A stretch of DNA of 64,000 nucleotides. Origin: Antedon mediterranea. Taxonomy: Eukaryota > Animalia > Echinodermata. Location of the stretch: positions 31,068,437 through 31,132,436 of the forward strand of contig NC_092672.1 in the NCBI RefSeq assembly GCF_964355755.1, written 5' to 3'. The translations under genes and the position numbers were made by a program. This document shows positions 1-12,167 of the stretch, in pieces (position 1 is the stretch's first letter; each line of letters begins with the position of its first letter). The notes under the pieces are model-generated. The model was not told where the DNA came from. It worked only from the letters and a program-made list of their open reading frames with translations, and did not search any database.

Positions 1-75
1 GTTTCAATAATTGCAGAGTTTCAAGATATTTTCAGTTCGTCTTTCCCATCCACCTAATTGTCTCCCAATCGTATA

Positions 76-212
76 AAGCTCTGTCTACACTATCAAAGTT
101 TATGTGACAAAAAAAAAATGTGATGTGCCACTACTATATTTGGGCATATCACTACCATAATTGGCACATCACACTTTTTGTCACACTAGTTTGATAGTGA
201 AGACAGAGTTTT
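76..212. mobile_element. Short MITE (PIF/Harbinger-like); related copies near 4815-4835 (fragment) and 56320-56480
   Basis: Inverted termini AAAGCTCTGTCTACACTATCAAA ... TTTGATAGTGAAGACAGAGTTTT; the same ends recur elsewhere in the window. Confidence 0.7.
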
Positions 213-877
213 AGAGATGCAAAAATTCATTTCAATAATGTATAAATAGTATTGTTTTAATTTTATTATTGTTTATAGTGAATTATGTTTTAAACTAAGC
301 CCTAGTTTGTTACTAAAAACAAAATGCTTCACATGCCCATTGTTTACTATAGATGCTGATAGCACTAGATTTTATAATAGCACCCTCTATAGTTTAATGT
401 ATCTTAACATTTTTCTCTCTTGTTTACAACATTGCATTTTCTCAAGTTGAGACTCACATACACCATAGAGATATTATAGTGTATCTCTATGCATACACAA
501 AGTTTTGAACTGAAATTCAGAGTAGAAACTAGAAATCCTCCCATCTGAATAAACTTATTTGACCATATCTGTTGAGAGGACACTGCTAAAAGCAATGCAC
601 AATGTCCCTATTTATTTTAATATAATATAAATTATGCTTGGATTTTATCAGTGATAACGATGTATTGTTCCCAAAAAATCCATTGACTATTTGTTGGTTT
701 TAAATACAGTTTGCACTAGGTAAATAATTTGGGTTTTTTTTCGATACAGTTTTTTGTCAAAGCGAATAACTATTGTGACAATAAAATGGCATATTCAACA
801 AACACATTTTTAGTAAATTGTTTTTTGGGGGACAAAATATCCTAATCGGCAATTCCTACTATTATGTACAGTATTAG

Positions 878-1200
878 AGTAAGTGGCCGAGCGGTTAAGA
901 CAGTGGAACCGTAATACGTTGCCATAACATCGGCAAGGGTTCAAGCTCACTCGCTTCGTGGTTCTGGTGATAGAACAGGTCTTCTAGGATATGGACTATA
1001 AACCATAGGTCAAGTGTGCACATCTGGCTCATGTGTACTTTAAAGAACCTAGTACATCTTTCGAGATGAGTTGGGGGTTACCCCAGTGTACTAGTTCACA
1101 CACAGCCACTGTAACAAACTCATCATATATATATATAATATTCTTTAAGGCATCCTGTAATTGGCGATATCGCTGTTGGATGTATGTGAAATAAAATAAA
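878..1200 (+). mobile_element. tRNA-derived SINE
   Basis: A-box TGGCCGAGCGG, B-box-like GGTTCAAGCTC, body resembling conserved SINE core domains (GGACTATAAACC...AAAGAACC), A-rich tail; its tail recurs inverted twice near 30620-30830. Confidence 0.75.
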
Positions 1201-1593
1201 AAAGTTGTACATCTTGGCAAAATTAGGCATGACTTTAATACAGATTACGCTGTGACGGTACTAGTTACACTCTATTTTGTGTGATTAATAGAACGACATA
1301 CTGTAATAGTTAATACATAAACACAGAGAACAATTAGTACTCAGGGTCAATTGCGGGTACGTGAGACCTGTGCACTGTACACAGTACTGTACACTAAATT
1401 GTAACAAGATAGATTAGGAATATTTAAGTAGATGTGTTGTAAATGAAGTACGAATTTAGGTGATATTTTTTTTGTGTCATCGGCAGGGAACAATTATATA
1501 TTAAAAAAACATATTTTTACCATCTTCCTACAGTATGTGCTAAACAACATGTTACTTTATCCACTATATCAGTAATAAAAATGAATTAATCAC

Positions 1594-1720
1594 CTGTGCT
1601 TGAGAACGAATTTAACATTTTTGTAGGCGAAGGCAACAAGCCAGGTACTAATGATTGTGAAGATTCCAAAAATAACTGCAGATTGTACAAGGTCCATCTG
1701 ATAAATTCGCCAGTACACCC
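1594..1720 (-). CDS. SSR3: Translocon-associated protein gamma (TRAP-gamma), coding exon 2; later exons not identified in this window
   Basis: ttttttag acceptor and AG|gtgatt donor; reads (W)[41 protein letters not shown], in phase with exon 1. Confidence 0.93.
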
Positions 1721-1888
1721 CTAAAAAAGTAAAATTAAACAATCCATTTATCATTTTATTTTAATGATTTCATTTTCAGCAATGTTTAGAACCTATATTT
1801 AAAAACATAGTTATATTTATAGTTAGTAGTACTACCTAGGCTACAGTACACTCACAGTCTCCGTGCAAATAAAACTAAACATTAAATA

Positions 1889-2636
1889 AACGCCGTGGTT
1901 AGGATTCCGGCACCGGAACTCAACTGCCCACCGTTAGGAAATCCGACACGCTATTGCGCATGCCCAGAGCTTTGGGAAGTGAATTATAGCTTGTGCCACA
2001 CACCACACTACCACTGCTGAGAGTCGGAGTGTTAGGATTTACTGTAGCCTAGTTAGTCGTTGCGCGAGCGAGAGAGCGATGGATGAAACTTGGCCTAGGC
2101 CATACATGAATTAATAATTAAAATACGACTACGCCACGCGTTAAAATAATTATGATATTAATAAGAATCAGTATCTATCTACCGTAAGAATCGTAATGCT
2201 GTAGTTATGCTGTTGCGACCCCGACTTCCCGAACAGTTTTTTCACTCCACGCCGTGGCTGCCGTCAACAAAATAACTTGTGATTGCATGTACAGATATGA
2301 AATCTTTTATTTTGTACTTGAAAAATCATAAAACTGGTCAACTCATGTAATTATATAATTCATAATTAGGCCCTATATGAAGTTTATATATGAATGAAGC
2401 AACCACTTTTTAATTACAAAATAAATAGGCCCACTGGCACGTCTAGCTGGTAGGCATAGCCTAGTATTTACTAATTATCTACGCTAGTTCGCCGTGGCGG
2501 AGCTATGAACTGATCCATCGCTGTTGATAAAGTATAGAGTCGCCGATTACAGGCGCTGTGGGCATGCGCAATAGCGTGTCGGATTCCCTAACGGTGGGCA
2601 GTTGAGTTCCGGTGCCGGAATCCTAACCACGGCGTT
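1889..2636. mobile_element. MITE with about 76-bp terminal inverted repeats in SSR3 intron 1
   Basis: AACGCCGTGGTTAGGATTCCGGCACCGGAACTC...GCGCATGCCCA at left and its near-perfect reverse complement ending at 2636; no ORF. Confidence 0.85.
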
Positions 2637-2772
2637 AAACAAACGTTATCAAAAGCCAAGTTGACAAAAGTTTAGGGCATTTAAACAAAGTTTTTGTGGA
2701 CAACTAGGCCTAGGTCTAGCCTAGGCCTAGGGTTACATTTTTATACAAATTAAATAACAATCCATCCTATGA

Positions 2773-4220
2773 TAGGTACGAGTCAATTTGTGACGTCACT
2801 CACTTAAATTCGGTTCTGTTTTTTTGATCCCAAAATATCGTGTGGGCGCAACAAGCCCTTTGGGAATTTACATTTTTAAATCAGTTTTCATTGGCTAATT
2901 TAAGGGATTTGATGTCAGACAGGTCATTTAAAGTTCAATCTTGGGTCAGGTAACTTTTTTTTTTCAAACAGTGATCGTCAAATTTTTTGGCAGCGTTTTG
3001 AACATTTGAGTCGAATAAAAGTCGTTTTTTTTAGCATTGCGTAAGTAATAAATTATTATGACGGTAAACAGTAGTTCATGTATTTAGGTATATTTCTGCC
3101 AAATATGAAAGCAATTAGATAATTAACGGTAGAATGTGATCGATCGCCGTGATCCACCTTGTAGCACTGAGGGTGCTCTCTGACGGCGACAGGCTTATTG
3201 GGATAGTCGAAACCGGCTTTCGTAATAGTAATGTAACGACAATATTTTTAGTGTAAATTAACGATATGTGTCCGAATATTCAAAATATAAGATTACTTAA
3301 ATATTATTAAATAATTTTGTGTAGTTTTAATTACAAATAATAAACATATTATAGGTGATTTAAGTGGATTTCTAATATCTGAAAATCCGACGCTTAAACA
3401 GTTTAGAATGAATATCGCATGACGTCATTTAATTGGCTGCTGATTGGCCCATTCATGCATTTGCAGATCACATGATCAAGCCATTTCTAATGGATTTTGT
3501 TTTATTTTTTCAGGTATTTTTACAAACTTTAATTGTATACAATTGGTGAGTAACAATATTCCATTTTAATTTCAATGATAGGTTTACATTTTATCACAGT
3601 GGTGGTAGTATTTTTTTAAGTATATATTTATATTTACTGTTGCCTTTTCACTACCATATTAATATAATATTATAGTACATTAACAGTTTTTTATTTTTTA
3701 AATATTTTCTGTAGTTTGAATATGAGGAAAAAAAAGAAAAGAAAGGTTGAAATAAAACCAGAAAAACATAGGCAGATTTTGAGTGGCTATTCTGAACTTC
3801 CTGATGACGTCGTAGATTTGAAGAATGGACACATCCTTTACATTTATATATACTGAATGTGATTCAACATCAAATGGAACATTATAAATATTGGGGGGGG
3901 GGGGGTAGGGAGGGGATGTTACTAGCATAATGTAAATTTTGCAAGCTTCATTCTGTTAAAAAAAAAAAAATCTATGAAGTAAAAAGATGTACATGTTTTA
4001 TACAAAATATAAAAAATCGATTATAAAAAGGTCACAATTTTATTAGCAATTCCTATACCAAAATTCCGATTAAAATTAAGACTTAAAAAATTAATATAAA
4101 ATCAAGTAGTTGGTCAATTTTAATAAAATTTACATTTTTGAAAATGATGTGTTTTTTCTGATTTTTTGACTTCAATTTTATTTTAAAATATTGACTTTGA
4201 ATTTTTTTGACTCGTACCTA
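2773..4220. mobile_element. Non-autonomous DNA transposon in SSR3 intron 1
   Basis: 14-bp TIR TAGGTACGAGTCAA/TTGACTCGTACCTA flanked on both sides by CCTATGA (7-bp TSD). Confidence 0.75.
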
Positions 4221-4547
4221 CCTATGATTCATTCATAATCATAATAAATTAATCGAGATTTAACATTTTTTAATCTCAAATTTATTTATTAGATTACTGG
4301 CGGCCAGTTTTATTATAATTCGGAAGTTTAAACTACAGGATCACCAAAATATTCGGAAAGAAATCTCCACTCCTTTGGTAAAGCTCATTCATAAATCCAC
4401 CAGCAGAGATCATTTTGTAAACGTGGCAGTAGCCTACACATAGAATAGGACAGGTACCAGCCGCGGTGTGCAAGCCCGATCAAACAGCCAACTAAACTAG
4501 CCTAGCGTTAATCAAGAAGATCGCCCAATAATACTAAGTCTACTTAC

Positions 4548-4674
4548 AAATTGGTATAGCTGATACGATAAATGCGTTTCCATAGAATAGGGCAGATGAT
4601 TTTGTGCTGACATTTCTGCTGAAATCCTGGAGCAAAAGCTCTTCTTCCTTGGTAAGTTTCTTTCCGCCAGCCAT
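4548..4674 (-). CDS. SSR3: Translocon-associated protein gamma (TRAP-gamma), coding exon 1
   Basis: [42 protein letters not shown] is the recognisable SSR3 N-terminus; donor gtaagt follows in phase 1. Confidence 0.95.
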
Positions 4675-5885
4675 ATTGTTGTATATATTTTGAGCAAAAA
4701 GAGAGAAGAAGACAAAATTGCGAGTCTGCAACGCTATTATGAGGGCGCGCTACATTTTTCGTAACCAGAGAGCCGGATAACGAATTTTTTCTTAAAAAAA
4801 AAACGAAATAATTAAAGCTCTGTCTACACTATCAACCTTTATTTTTAAATTGAACATAAATCAATGCCATTGAAATTTAAAATTGTGCGAATACATTTTT
4901 TTTAAAGCCCTCCTTCTATGAAATTCACTCACGTGTGTACTGTATTAATATTTGACCGAATTATATTCGGATGTAATCGTTTCTTTACATAGTTCCCTTT
5001 TTATTTTTTTTAATATACCATTTTAATGTCAGATATAGGTAATATAGTAATCACGTGTCTAATTATTTTATTATAAAACAATAATACATACAATAATATA
5101 TACCATTATATGAATAAAAAATGTCCACCTTTTTGATTTAATAAAAAATAATTAAATAAAAAAACAATTCCTGATAGAATGTCTTTCATCTATTTTATAC
5201 AATATATATGTCTAGGCCTATACAGGAGCCTATAACATTAATTATAAATCTCAATCTCAAAATAGTTAAAAGAAAAGTAAAGCTGAAACGACGTCTGTGT
5301 TCTTTTTCAAGTGCATAACTCATAGGATAATGGGACTGAGTTTATGTCACAAATAACTTCTAGTGATACTAATAATATTAATAATTTAATGATAAACCTA
5401 CTTTCCTGTCACAAAAATATATTTGTCAACAAGTATTTGATCCGTAACAACGAATACATTAATACTAAGAAAGACAAAAACTAAAACGTGTATGACTTTT
5501 TGGGGAGTTAGAATAATCAAGAATCGACATAGGTAGGAAAAAAATCTTTAAATGTGTACAATTTATCCTATGCCTACGAAATGTATCAAATCCTATAGGA
5601 TATAACTTTGGACATTCACTTATAAGTCTATAATAACATTTTTTTTAAATCATTATTTACATTATCATGATTAAAATTCATGAAAAATATGGTGTACTGC
5701 AGAAGGGCCTGATAACATGCAGAAGATCAATGTTCGAATCGCGCGTATCATTATTGTTCCTCGTCCTTTAGATTATAATAGTAGCAGATCTTCATTCCTC
5801 TCTCTCCTCTTGCATCATAAAGAGGGAGAGAAAAAGTGTTTTGTATAATCAGTAAAATTATATTAATAATTGTTCTGCCATAAAT

Positions 5886-6422
5886 TCAATAAACAATATT
5901 GGTAGTACCAATTGATTTTTGTGTATTCGTTTCTTGTATGCCAAATTTAAGAAAATCGGTAAACATGACAGGGCCGTTTTCACCCACCTCCTGAATTGGA
6001 GTACAATAATTGAGGGTATTATCTCCAAAAACCTCTTGTGAAGCAACGTCAATGACTCCACCAGTGCTTCCTACTTCTCGTGATGCTGTAGCGCCAGCGA
6101 CTCCGGTGTTTTCCTCGTTTAGTGATGCTGCAGCGCCAGCGACTCCAGTGAGTTCCTCTTTTTGTGATGCCGAAGCGCCAGCAACTCCAGTGAGTTCCTC
6201 TTTTTGTGATGCCGAAGCGCCAGCAACTCCAGTGTGGTCCTCGTTTAGTGATGCTGCAGCGTCTTGTCCTGTAGCGCCGCCGGGGACATCTTCAGCTTCT
6301 TGTTGTAAAACAGCATCGACGGTATCGTTGTTTGTAACTATGATGGAAACACCACCGCTTCCATTAAGCCGGATCTCAATTCTAATATGTATGTCTTCTT
6401 CTTCTCTTCTTCTTCTTTCCAT
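5886..6422 (-). CDS. Type A family copy A1, main exon; stop-loss adds a short C-terminal extension
   Basis: ttacag|ATG acceptor, MERRRREEEDIHIRIEIRL..., 14-aa repeats, NYCTPIQEVGE and LKFGIQETNTQ; TAA of the paralogs is AAA here; frame also open upstream to ATG 6485. Confidence 0.75.
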   Translation of the reverse strand: MERRRREEEDIHIRIEIRLNGSGGVSIIVTNNDTVDAVLQQEAEDVPGGATGQDAAASLNEDHTGVAGASASQKEELTGVAGASASQKEELTGVAGAAASLNEENTGVAGATASREVGSTGGVIDVASQEVFGDNTLNYCTPIQEVGENGPVMFTDFLKFGIQETNTQKSIGTTNIVY

Positions 6423-6501
6423 CTGTAACGTTATATAAAATATCAAGTACAGTATAATAATAAACACATTCACGATATGAGTCATGGGTATACATTATGT
6501 A

Positions 6502-6945
6502 CACTGTAAACTAGTGTAGTAGTAATAATATTAGATCTTAAACATTATTTTGTATCCACTTTTACACACATTTATAGCTTTTAAACACGTAGTTACATGT
6601 TTAGCGTGTTTAAAACTTAAACGTGTTTAAAGCTACATGTTATTTTCCTCCACTTTGCAGTCAACATGTCACTATTATGTTCAGTCAACATGTAGGTACG
6701 TGTTTAGCGTTGAGACATACGATACGGAGGAAAAAAGATCCATACATGGCAAATTAAACAGGTTTGATACCTAAACGTGTCTTTATATTGCTACACATGT
6801 TTAACATGCAATCAACACAGACGTCACTGATGTGTTGAGTTGGATACAGACTACATGTTCATATCTAAACATGTTTAAGCTAAATGTGTAGAAAAGATGA
6901 GTATACAAAATACATCATTAAGATCAAAACTCTGCTTTTACAGTG
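6502..6945. mobile_element. MITE (CACT...AGTG ends, TA flanks) in the type A intron; also 9100-9544, 11701-12145, 14618-15062 and a truncated copy near 42923-42985
   Basis: TA|CACTGTAAA ... TTTACAGTG|TA, with further imperfect inverted similarity inside. Confidence 0.75.
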
Positions 6946-6963
6946 TATGACTACTTCAATTAC

Positions 6964-7050
6964 CTCTTTTAGTAAATACAGAGGTGAGTATGGTGTTTCG
7001 GTAGGGATTCGCAAGATTATTGACATTTGCAAATAAATTTGGTACGCCAT
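6964..7050 (-). CDS. Type A copy A1, putative first coding exon (29 aa)
   Basis: MAYQIYLQMSIILRIPTETPYSPLYLLKE, 87 nt, then GAG|gtaatt phase-0 donor matching the phase-0 acceptor at 6422; in-frame stop lies upstream of the ATG. Confidence 0.55.
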
Positions 7051-8426
7051 GAGAGAGCCTGTACACTACTTTTCAACTCCGCCGCACCCTTCTGGAGAAG
7101 AGGCTATATTAATTAATATGCATAAATTACTAATTTTATACATACAAATATATAAGAAGAAAACTGTATAAGAAATGTGATCCACTATACCGACTGAAAA
7201 AGTTAAATTCATTTTTCATTTTATTTCTACATTCGCTAGAAATGAGTTACCAGGGATCATCTCAATATAGATGGTTATTGGCCTATCCACTGTGCTGCAG
7301 ATAATATCTGGAGTTTCCTCTGGTGGTAAGATGATCCCTGGATTCGTCACTTTGCACCGTTTGCGGGTTGTGCTATTAATAGTTCATCTTTTTGGTGGGT
7401 AGTAAGCTCCACCTAGCTATCGAGTCGAAAAAATCCTGCATACATTGCATGAATGAACCGTGTTCCTTACAACATTATTCTCATTTATAGGTCCATGCTC
7501 ACACTATGATTTTAACAAGTAGTTTTAGTGTCTACCAAAATTATCAATAAACTGTTATATGATGTGCTCATTATATAAAATAATTGTTTTTTAATTATCG
7601 TATTCGATTATGTAAATTTGTAGTTGAAATGTTATTTTTTTTTTAAATTAATATAAAACTATTCATTGATTTTTCAGATATCTGTTCATTATTTTATCTT
7701 TTAGTAAGATCATGGAGGAATGAATTAATTCCTCTGAGTAGGTGTACTGCAGAAGTTGGTCGAAAAGAGCCGTCGCCGCCTTGCCATTCCTCTAAGAATA
7801 TGGTTTGTGGCATAATATATCCTGGATTTATGAAGCGCCTAATGTTGTGAAACATCAGCTAATTTTGCTGTGTGTGTATGAACATTATCAAGAACCGGCA
7901 TCCGTAGCCTAGTATGTTACTGTAGAGAAACAATAAATCGAGATCAATTCCTGCTCCCTAGTGTATCTTGAAAATTCCTAGATTATCTGCTGTAGGCCTC
8001 AATTAATTCCTTTCAATTTGGCTGCTAAAAGTCACAATGATTTCGTAGTATTTTTCGTATGTGCAAACCCACCAACTACATGCTTCCAATAAAGTACGAA
8101 ATGGACTGTGATCATATTCTAGGTGTGATAACTGTTTAAACAAACATTAATTTAAATATCTAAGTATCGAATATAGTGTGTGATAACACAGTCTTATCTT
8201 TCAAAATTACAATAGGCAAATTCCTAATTCCAAATTTCACAACAAAAAACAAACAAACAAAATACTAAGTTATGAGTTATTTATTACAAGTTGTTTTGTA
8301 AATAGCAAAATTTACTCAAATTGCATCTGCAAAGAGTTTAAAAAAACTTATATATATGTATAATCAGTAAAATTATATTAATAATTGTTCTGCCATAAAT
8401 TCAATAAACAATTGGTAGTACCATGA

Positions 8427-9020
8427 TTATTGTGTATTCGTTTCTTGTATGCCAAATTTAAGAAAATCGGTAAACATGACAGGGCCGTTTTCACCCACCT
8501 CCTGAATTGGAGTACAATAATTGAGGGTATTATCTCCAAAAACCTCTTGTGAAGCAACACCAATAACTCCACTAGTGCGTCCTACTTCTCGTGATGCTGT
8601 AGCGCCAGCGACTCCGGTGTTTTCCACTTTCTGTGATGCTGCAGCGCCAGCGACTCCGACGTGTTCCTCTTTTTGTGATGCAGCAGCGCTAGCGACTCCG
8701 GTGCTTTCCACTTCTTGTGATGCTGCAGAAGCGTCAGCGACTTCGGTATTTTCCCCTTCTTGTGATGCTGCAGCGCCAGCAACTCCAGTGAGTTCCTCTT
8801 TTTGTGATGCCGAAGCGCCAGCAACTCCAGTGTGGTCCTCGTTTAGTGATGCTGCAGCGTCTTGTCCTGTAGCGCCGCCGGGGACATCTTCAGCTTTTTG
8901 TTGTAAAACAGCATCGGCGGTATCGTTGTTTGTAACTATGATGGAAACACCACCGCTTCCATTAAGCCGGATCTCAATTCTAATATGTATGTCTTCTTCT
9001 TCTCTTCTTCTTCTTTCCAT
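8427..9020 (-). CDS. Type A family copy A2, main exon
   Basis: Intact ORF after ttacag acceptor, ends LKFGIQETNTQ-stop; frame open upstream to ATG 9083. Confidence 0.78.
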   Translation of the reverse strand: MERRRREEEDIHIRIEIRLNGSGGVSIIVTNNDTADAVLQQKAEDVPGGATGQDAAASLNEDHTGVAGASASQKEELTGVAGAAASQEGENTEVADASAASQEVESTGVASAAASQKEEHVGVAGAAASQKVENTGVAGATASREVGRTSGVIGVASQEVFGDNTLNYCTPIQEVGENGPVMFTDFLKFGIQETNTQ

Positions 9021-9566
9021 CTGTAAAATAATATAAAATATCAAGTAAAGTATAATAATAAACAAATTCACGAGATGAGTCATGGGTATACATTATGTAC
9101 ACTGTAAACTAGTGTAGTAGTAGTAATATTAGATCTTAAACATTATTTTGTATCCACTTTTAAACACATTTATAGCTTTTAAACACGTAGTTACATGTTT
9201 AGCGTGCTTAAAACCTAAACGTGTTTAAAGCTACATGTTGTTTTCCTCCACTTTGCAGTCAACATGTCACTATTATGTTCAGTCAACATGTTTAGGTACG
9301 TGTTTAGCGTTGGGACATACGATACAGAAAAAAGATTCATACATGGCAAATTAAACAGGTTTAATACCTAAACCTGTCTTTATATTGTTACACATGTTTA
9401 ACATGCAATCAACACAGACGTCACTGATGTGTTGTGTTGGATACAGACTACATGTTCATATCTAAACATGTTTTTAAGCTAAATGTGTAGAAAAGATGAG
9501 TATACAAAATACATGTTTAAGATCTAAACTCTGCTTTTACAGTGTATGACTTATGACTTCAATTAC

Positions 9567-9653
9567 CTCTTTTAGTAAATACAGAGGTGAGTATGGTGTT
9601 TCGGTAGGCATTCGCAAGATTATTGACATTTGCAAATAAATTTGGTGCGCCAT
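9567..9653 (-). CDS. Type A copy A2, putative first coding exon
   Basis: MAHQIYLQMSIILRMPTETPYSPLYLLKE then gtaatt donor, phase 0. Confidence 0.55.
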
Positions 9654-11027
9654 GAGAGAGCCTGTACACTACTTTTCAACTCCGTCGCACCCTTCTGGAG
9701 AAGAGGCTATTAATTAATATGCATAAATTACTAATTTTATACATACAAATATATAAGAAGAAAACTGTATAAGAAATGTGATCCACTACACCGACTGAAA
9801 AAGTTAAATTCATTTTTCATTTTATTTCTACATTCGCTAGAAATGAGTTACCAGGGATCATCTCAATATAGATGGTTATTGGCCTATCCACTGTGCTGCA
9901 GACAATATCTGGAGTTTCCTCTGGTGGTAAGATGATCTCTGGATTCATCACTTTGCACCGTTTGCGGGTTGTGCTATTAATAGTTTATCTTTTTGGTGGG
10001 TAGTAAGCTCCACCTAGCTATCGAGTCGAAAAAATCCTGCATACATTGCATGAATGAACCGTGTTCCTTACAACATTATTCTCATTTATAGGTCCATGCT
10101 CACACTATGATTTTAACAAGTAGTTTTAGTGTCTACCAAAATTATCAATAAACTGTTATATGATGTGCTCATTATATAAAATAATTGTTTTTTAATTATC
10201 GTATTCGATTATGTAAATTTGTAGTTGAAATGTTATTTTTTTTTAAAATTAATATAAAACTATTCATTGATTTTTCAGATATCTGTTCATTATTTTATCT
10301 TTTAGTAAGATCATGGAGGAATGAATTAATTCCTCTGAGTAGGTGTACTGCAGAAGTTGGTCGAAAAGAGCCGTCGCCGCCTTGCCATTCCTCTAAGAAT
10401 ATGGTTTGTGGCATAATATATCCTGGATTTATGAAGCGCCTAATGTTGTGAAACATCAGCTAATTTTGCTGTGTGTGTATGAACATTATCAAGAACCGGC
10501 ATCCGTAGCCTAGTATGTTACTGTAGAGAAACAATAAATCGAGATCAATTCCTGCTCCCTAGTGTATCTTGAAAATTCCTAGATTATTTGCTGTAGGCCT
10601 CAATTAATTCCTTTCAATTTGGCTGCTAAAAGTCACAATGATTTCGTAGTATTTTTCGTATGTGCAAACCCACCAACTACATGCTTCCAATAAAGTACGA
10701 AATGGACTGTGATCATATTCTAGGTGTGATAACTGTTTAAACAAACATTAATTTAAATATCTAAGTATCGAATATAGTGTGTGATAACACAGTCTTATCT
10801 TTCAAAATTACAATAGGCAAATTCCTAATTCCAAATTTCACAACAAAAAACAAACAAACAAAATACTAAATTATGAGTTATTTATTACAAGTTGTTTTGT
10901 AAATATCAAAATTTACTCAAATTGCATCTGCAAAGAGTTTAAAAAAACTTATATATATGTATAATCAGTAAAATTATATTAATAATTGTTCTGCCATAAA
11001 TTCAATAAACAATTGGTAGTACCATGA

Positions 11028-11621
11028 TTATTGTGTATTCGTTTCTTGTATACCAAATTTAAGAAAATCGGTAAACATGACAGGGCCGTTTTCACCCACC
11101 TCCTGAATTGGAGTACAATAATTGAAGGTATTATCTCCAAAAACCTCTTGTGAAGCAACACCAATGACTCCACTAGTGCGTCCTACTTCTCGTGATGCTG
11201 TAGCGCCAGCGACTCCGGTGTTTTCCACTTTCTGTGATGCTGCAGCGCCAGCGACTCAGACGTGTTCCTCTTTTTGTGATGCAGCAGCGCTAGCGACTCC
11301 GGTGCTTTCCACTTCTTGTGATGCTGCAGAAGCGTCAGCGACTTCGGTATTTTCCCCTTCTTGTGATGCTGCAGCGCCAGCAACTCCAGTGAATTCCTTT
11401 TTTTGTGATGCCGAAGCGCCAGCAACTCCAGTGTGGTCCTCGTTTAGTGATGCTGCAGCGTCTTGTCCTGTAGCGCCGCCGGGGACATCTTCAGCTTCTT
11501 GTTGTAAAACAGCATCGGCGGTATCGTTGTTTGTAACTATGATGGAAACACCACCGCTTCCATTAAGCCGGATCTCAATTCTAATATGTATGTCTTCTTC
11601 TTTTCTTCTTCTTCTTTCCAT
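11028..11621 (-). pseudogene. Type A family copy A3, main exon with premature stop
   Basis: GGA of A2/A4 is TGA at 11256-11258, removing both C-terminal motifs; the rest is nearly identical to A2/A4. Confidence 0.75.
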
Positions 11622-12167
11622 CTGTAAAATAATATAAAATATCAAGTAAAGTATAATAATAAACAAATTCACGAGATGAGTCATGGGTATACATTATGTA
11701 CACTGTAAACTAGTGTAGTAGTAGTAATATTAGATCTTAAACATTATTTTGTATCCACTTTTAAACACATTTGTAGCTTTTAAACACGTAGTTACATGTT
11801 TAGCGTGCTTAAAACCTAAACGTGTTTAAAGCTACATGTTGTTTTCCTCCACTTTGCAGTCAACATGTCACTATTATGTTCAGTCAACATGTTTAGGTAC
11901 GTGTTTAGCGTTGGGACATACGATACGGAAAAAAGATCCATACATGGCAAATTAAACAGGTTTAATACCTAAACGTGTCTTTATATTGCTACACATGTTT
12001 AACATGCAATCAACACAGATGTCACTGATGTGTTGTGTTGGATACAGACTACATGTTCATATCTAAACATGTTTTTAAGCTAAATGTGTAGAAAAGATGA
12101 GTATACAAAATACATGTTTAAGATCTAAACTCTGCTTTTACAGTGTATGACTTATGACTTCAATTAC

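Noticed and set aside
5886-7050. Type A exons as the 3' end of a longer TNF-receptor gene
   Set aside because: Each 2.5-2.9 kb unit has no cysteine-rich exon, and an in-frame stop precedes the exon-1 ATG; ancestry from such a receptor remains possible
8378-8824. Alternative-frame minus ORFs (MLALRHHKK..., MELLVLLHKR...) in each unit
   Set aside because: Shifted readings of the same repeats; motif conservation between types A and B is far weaker in these frames
10185-10451. Plus-strand ORF or exon after TTTTCAG in each array unit
   Set aside because: The frame is not kept in the diverged copy at 43.5-44.0 kb and it runs into a SINE tail; a non-coding divergent transcript cannot be excluded
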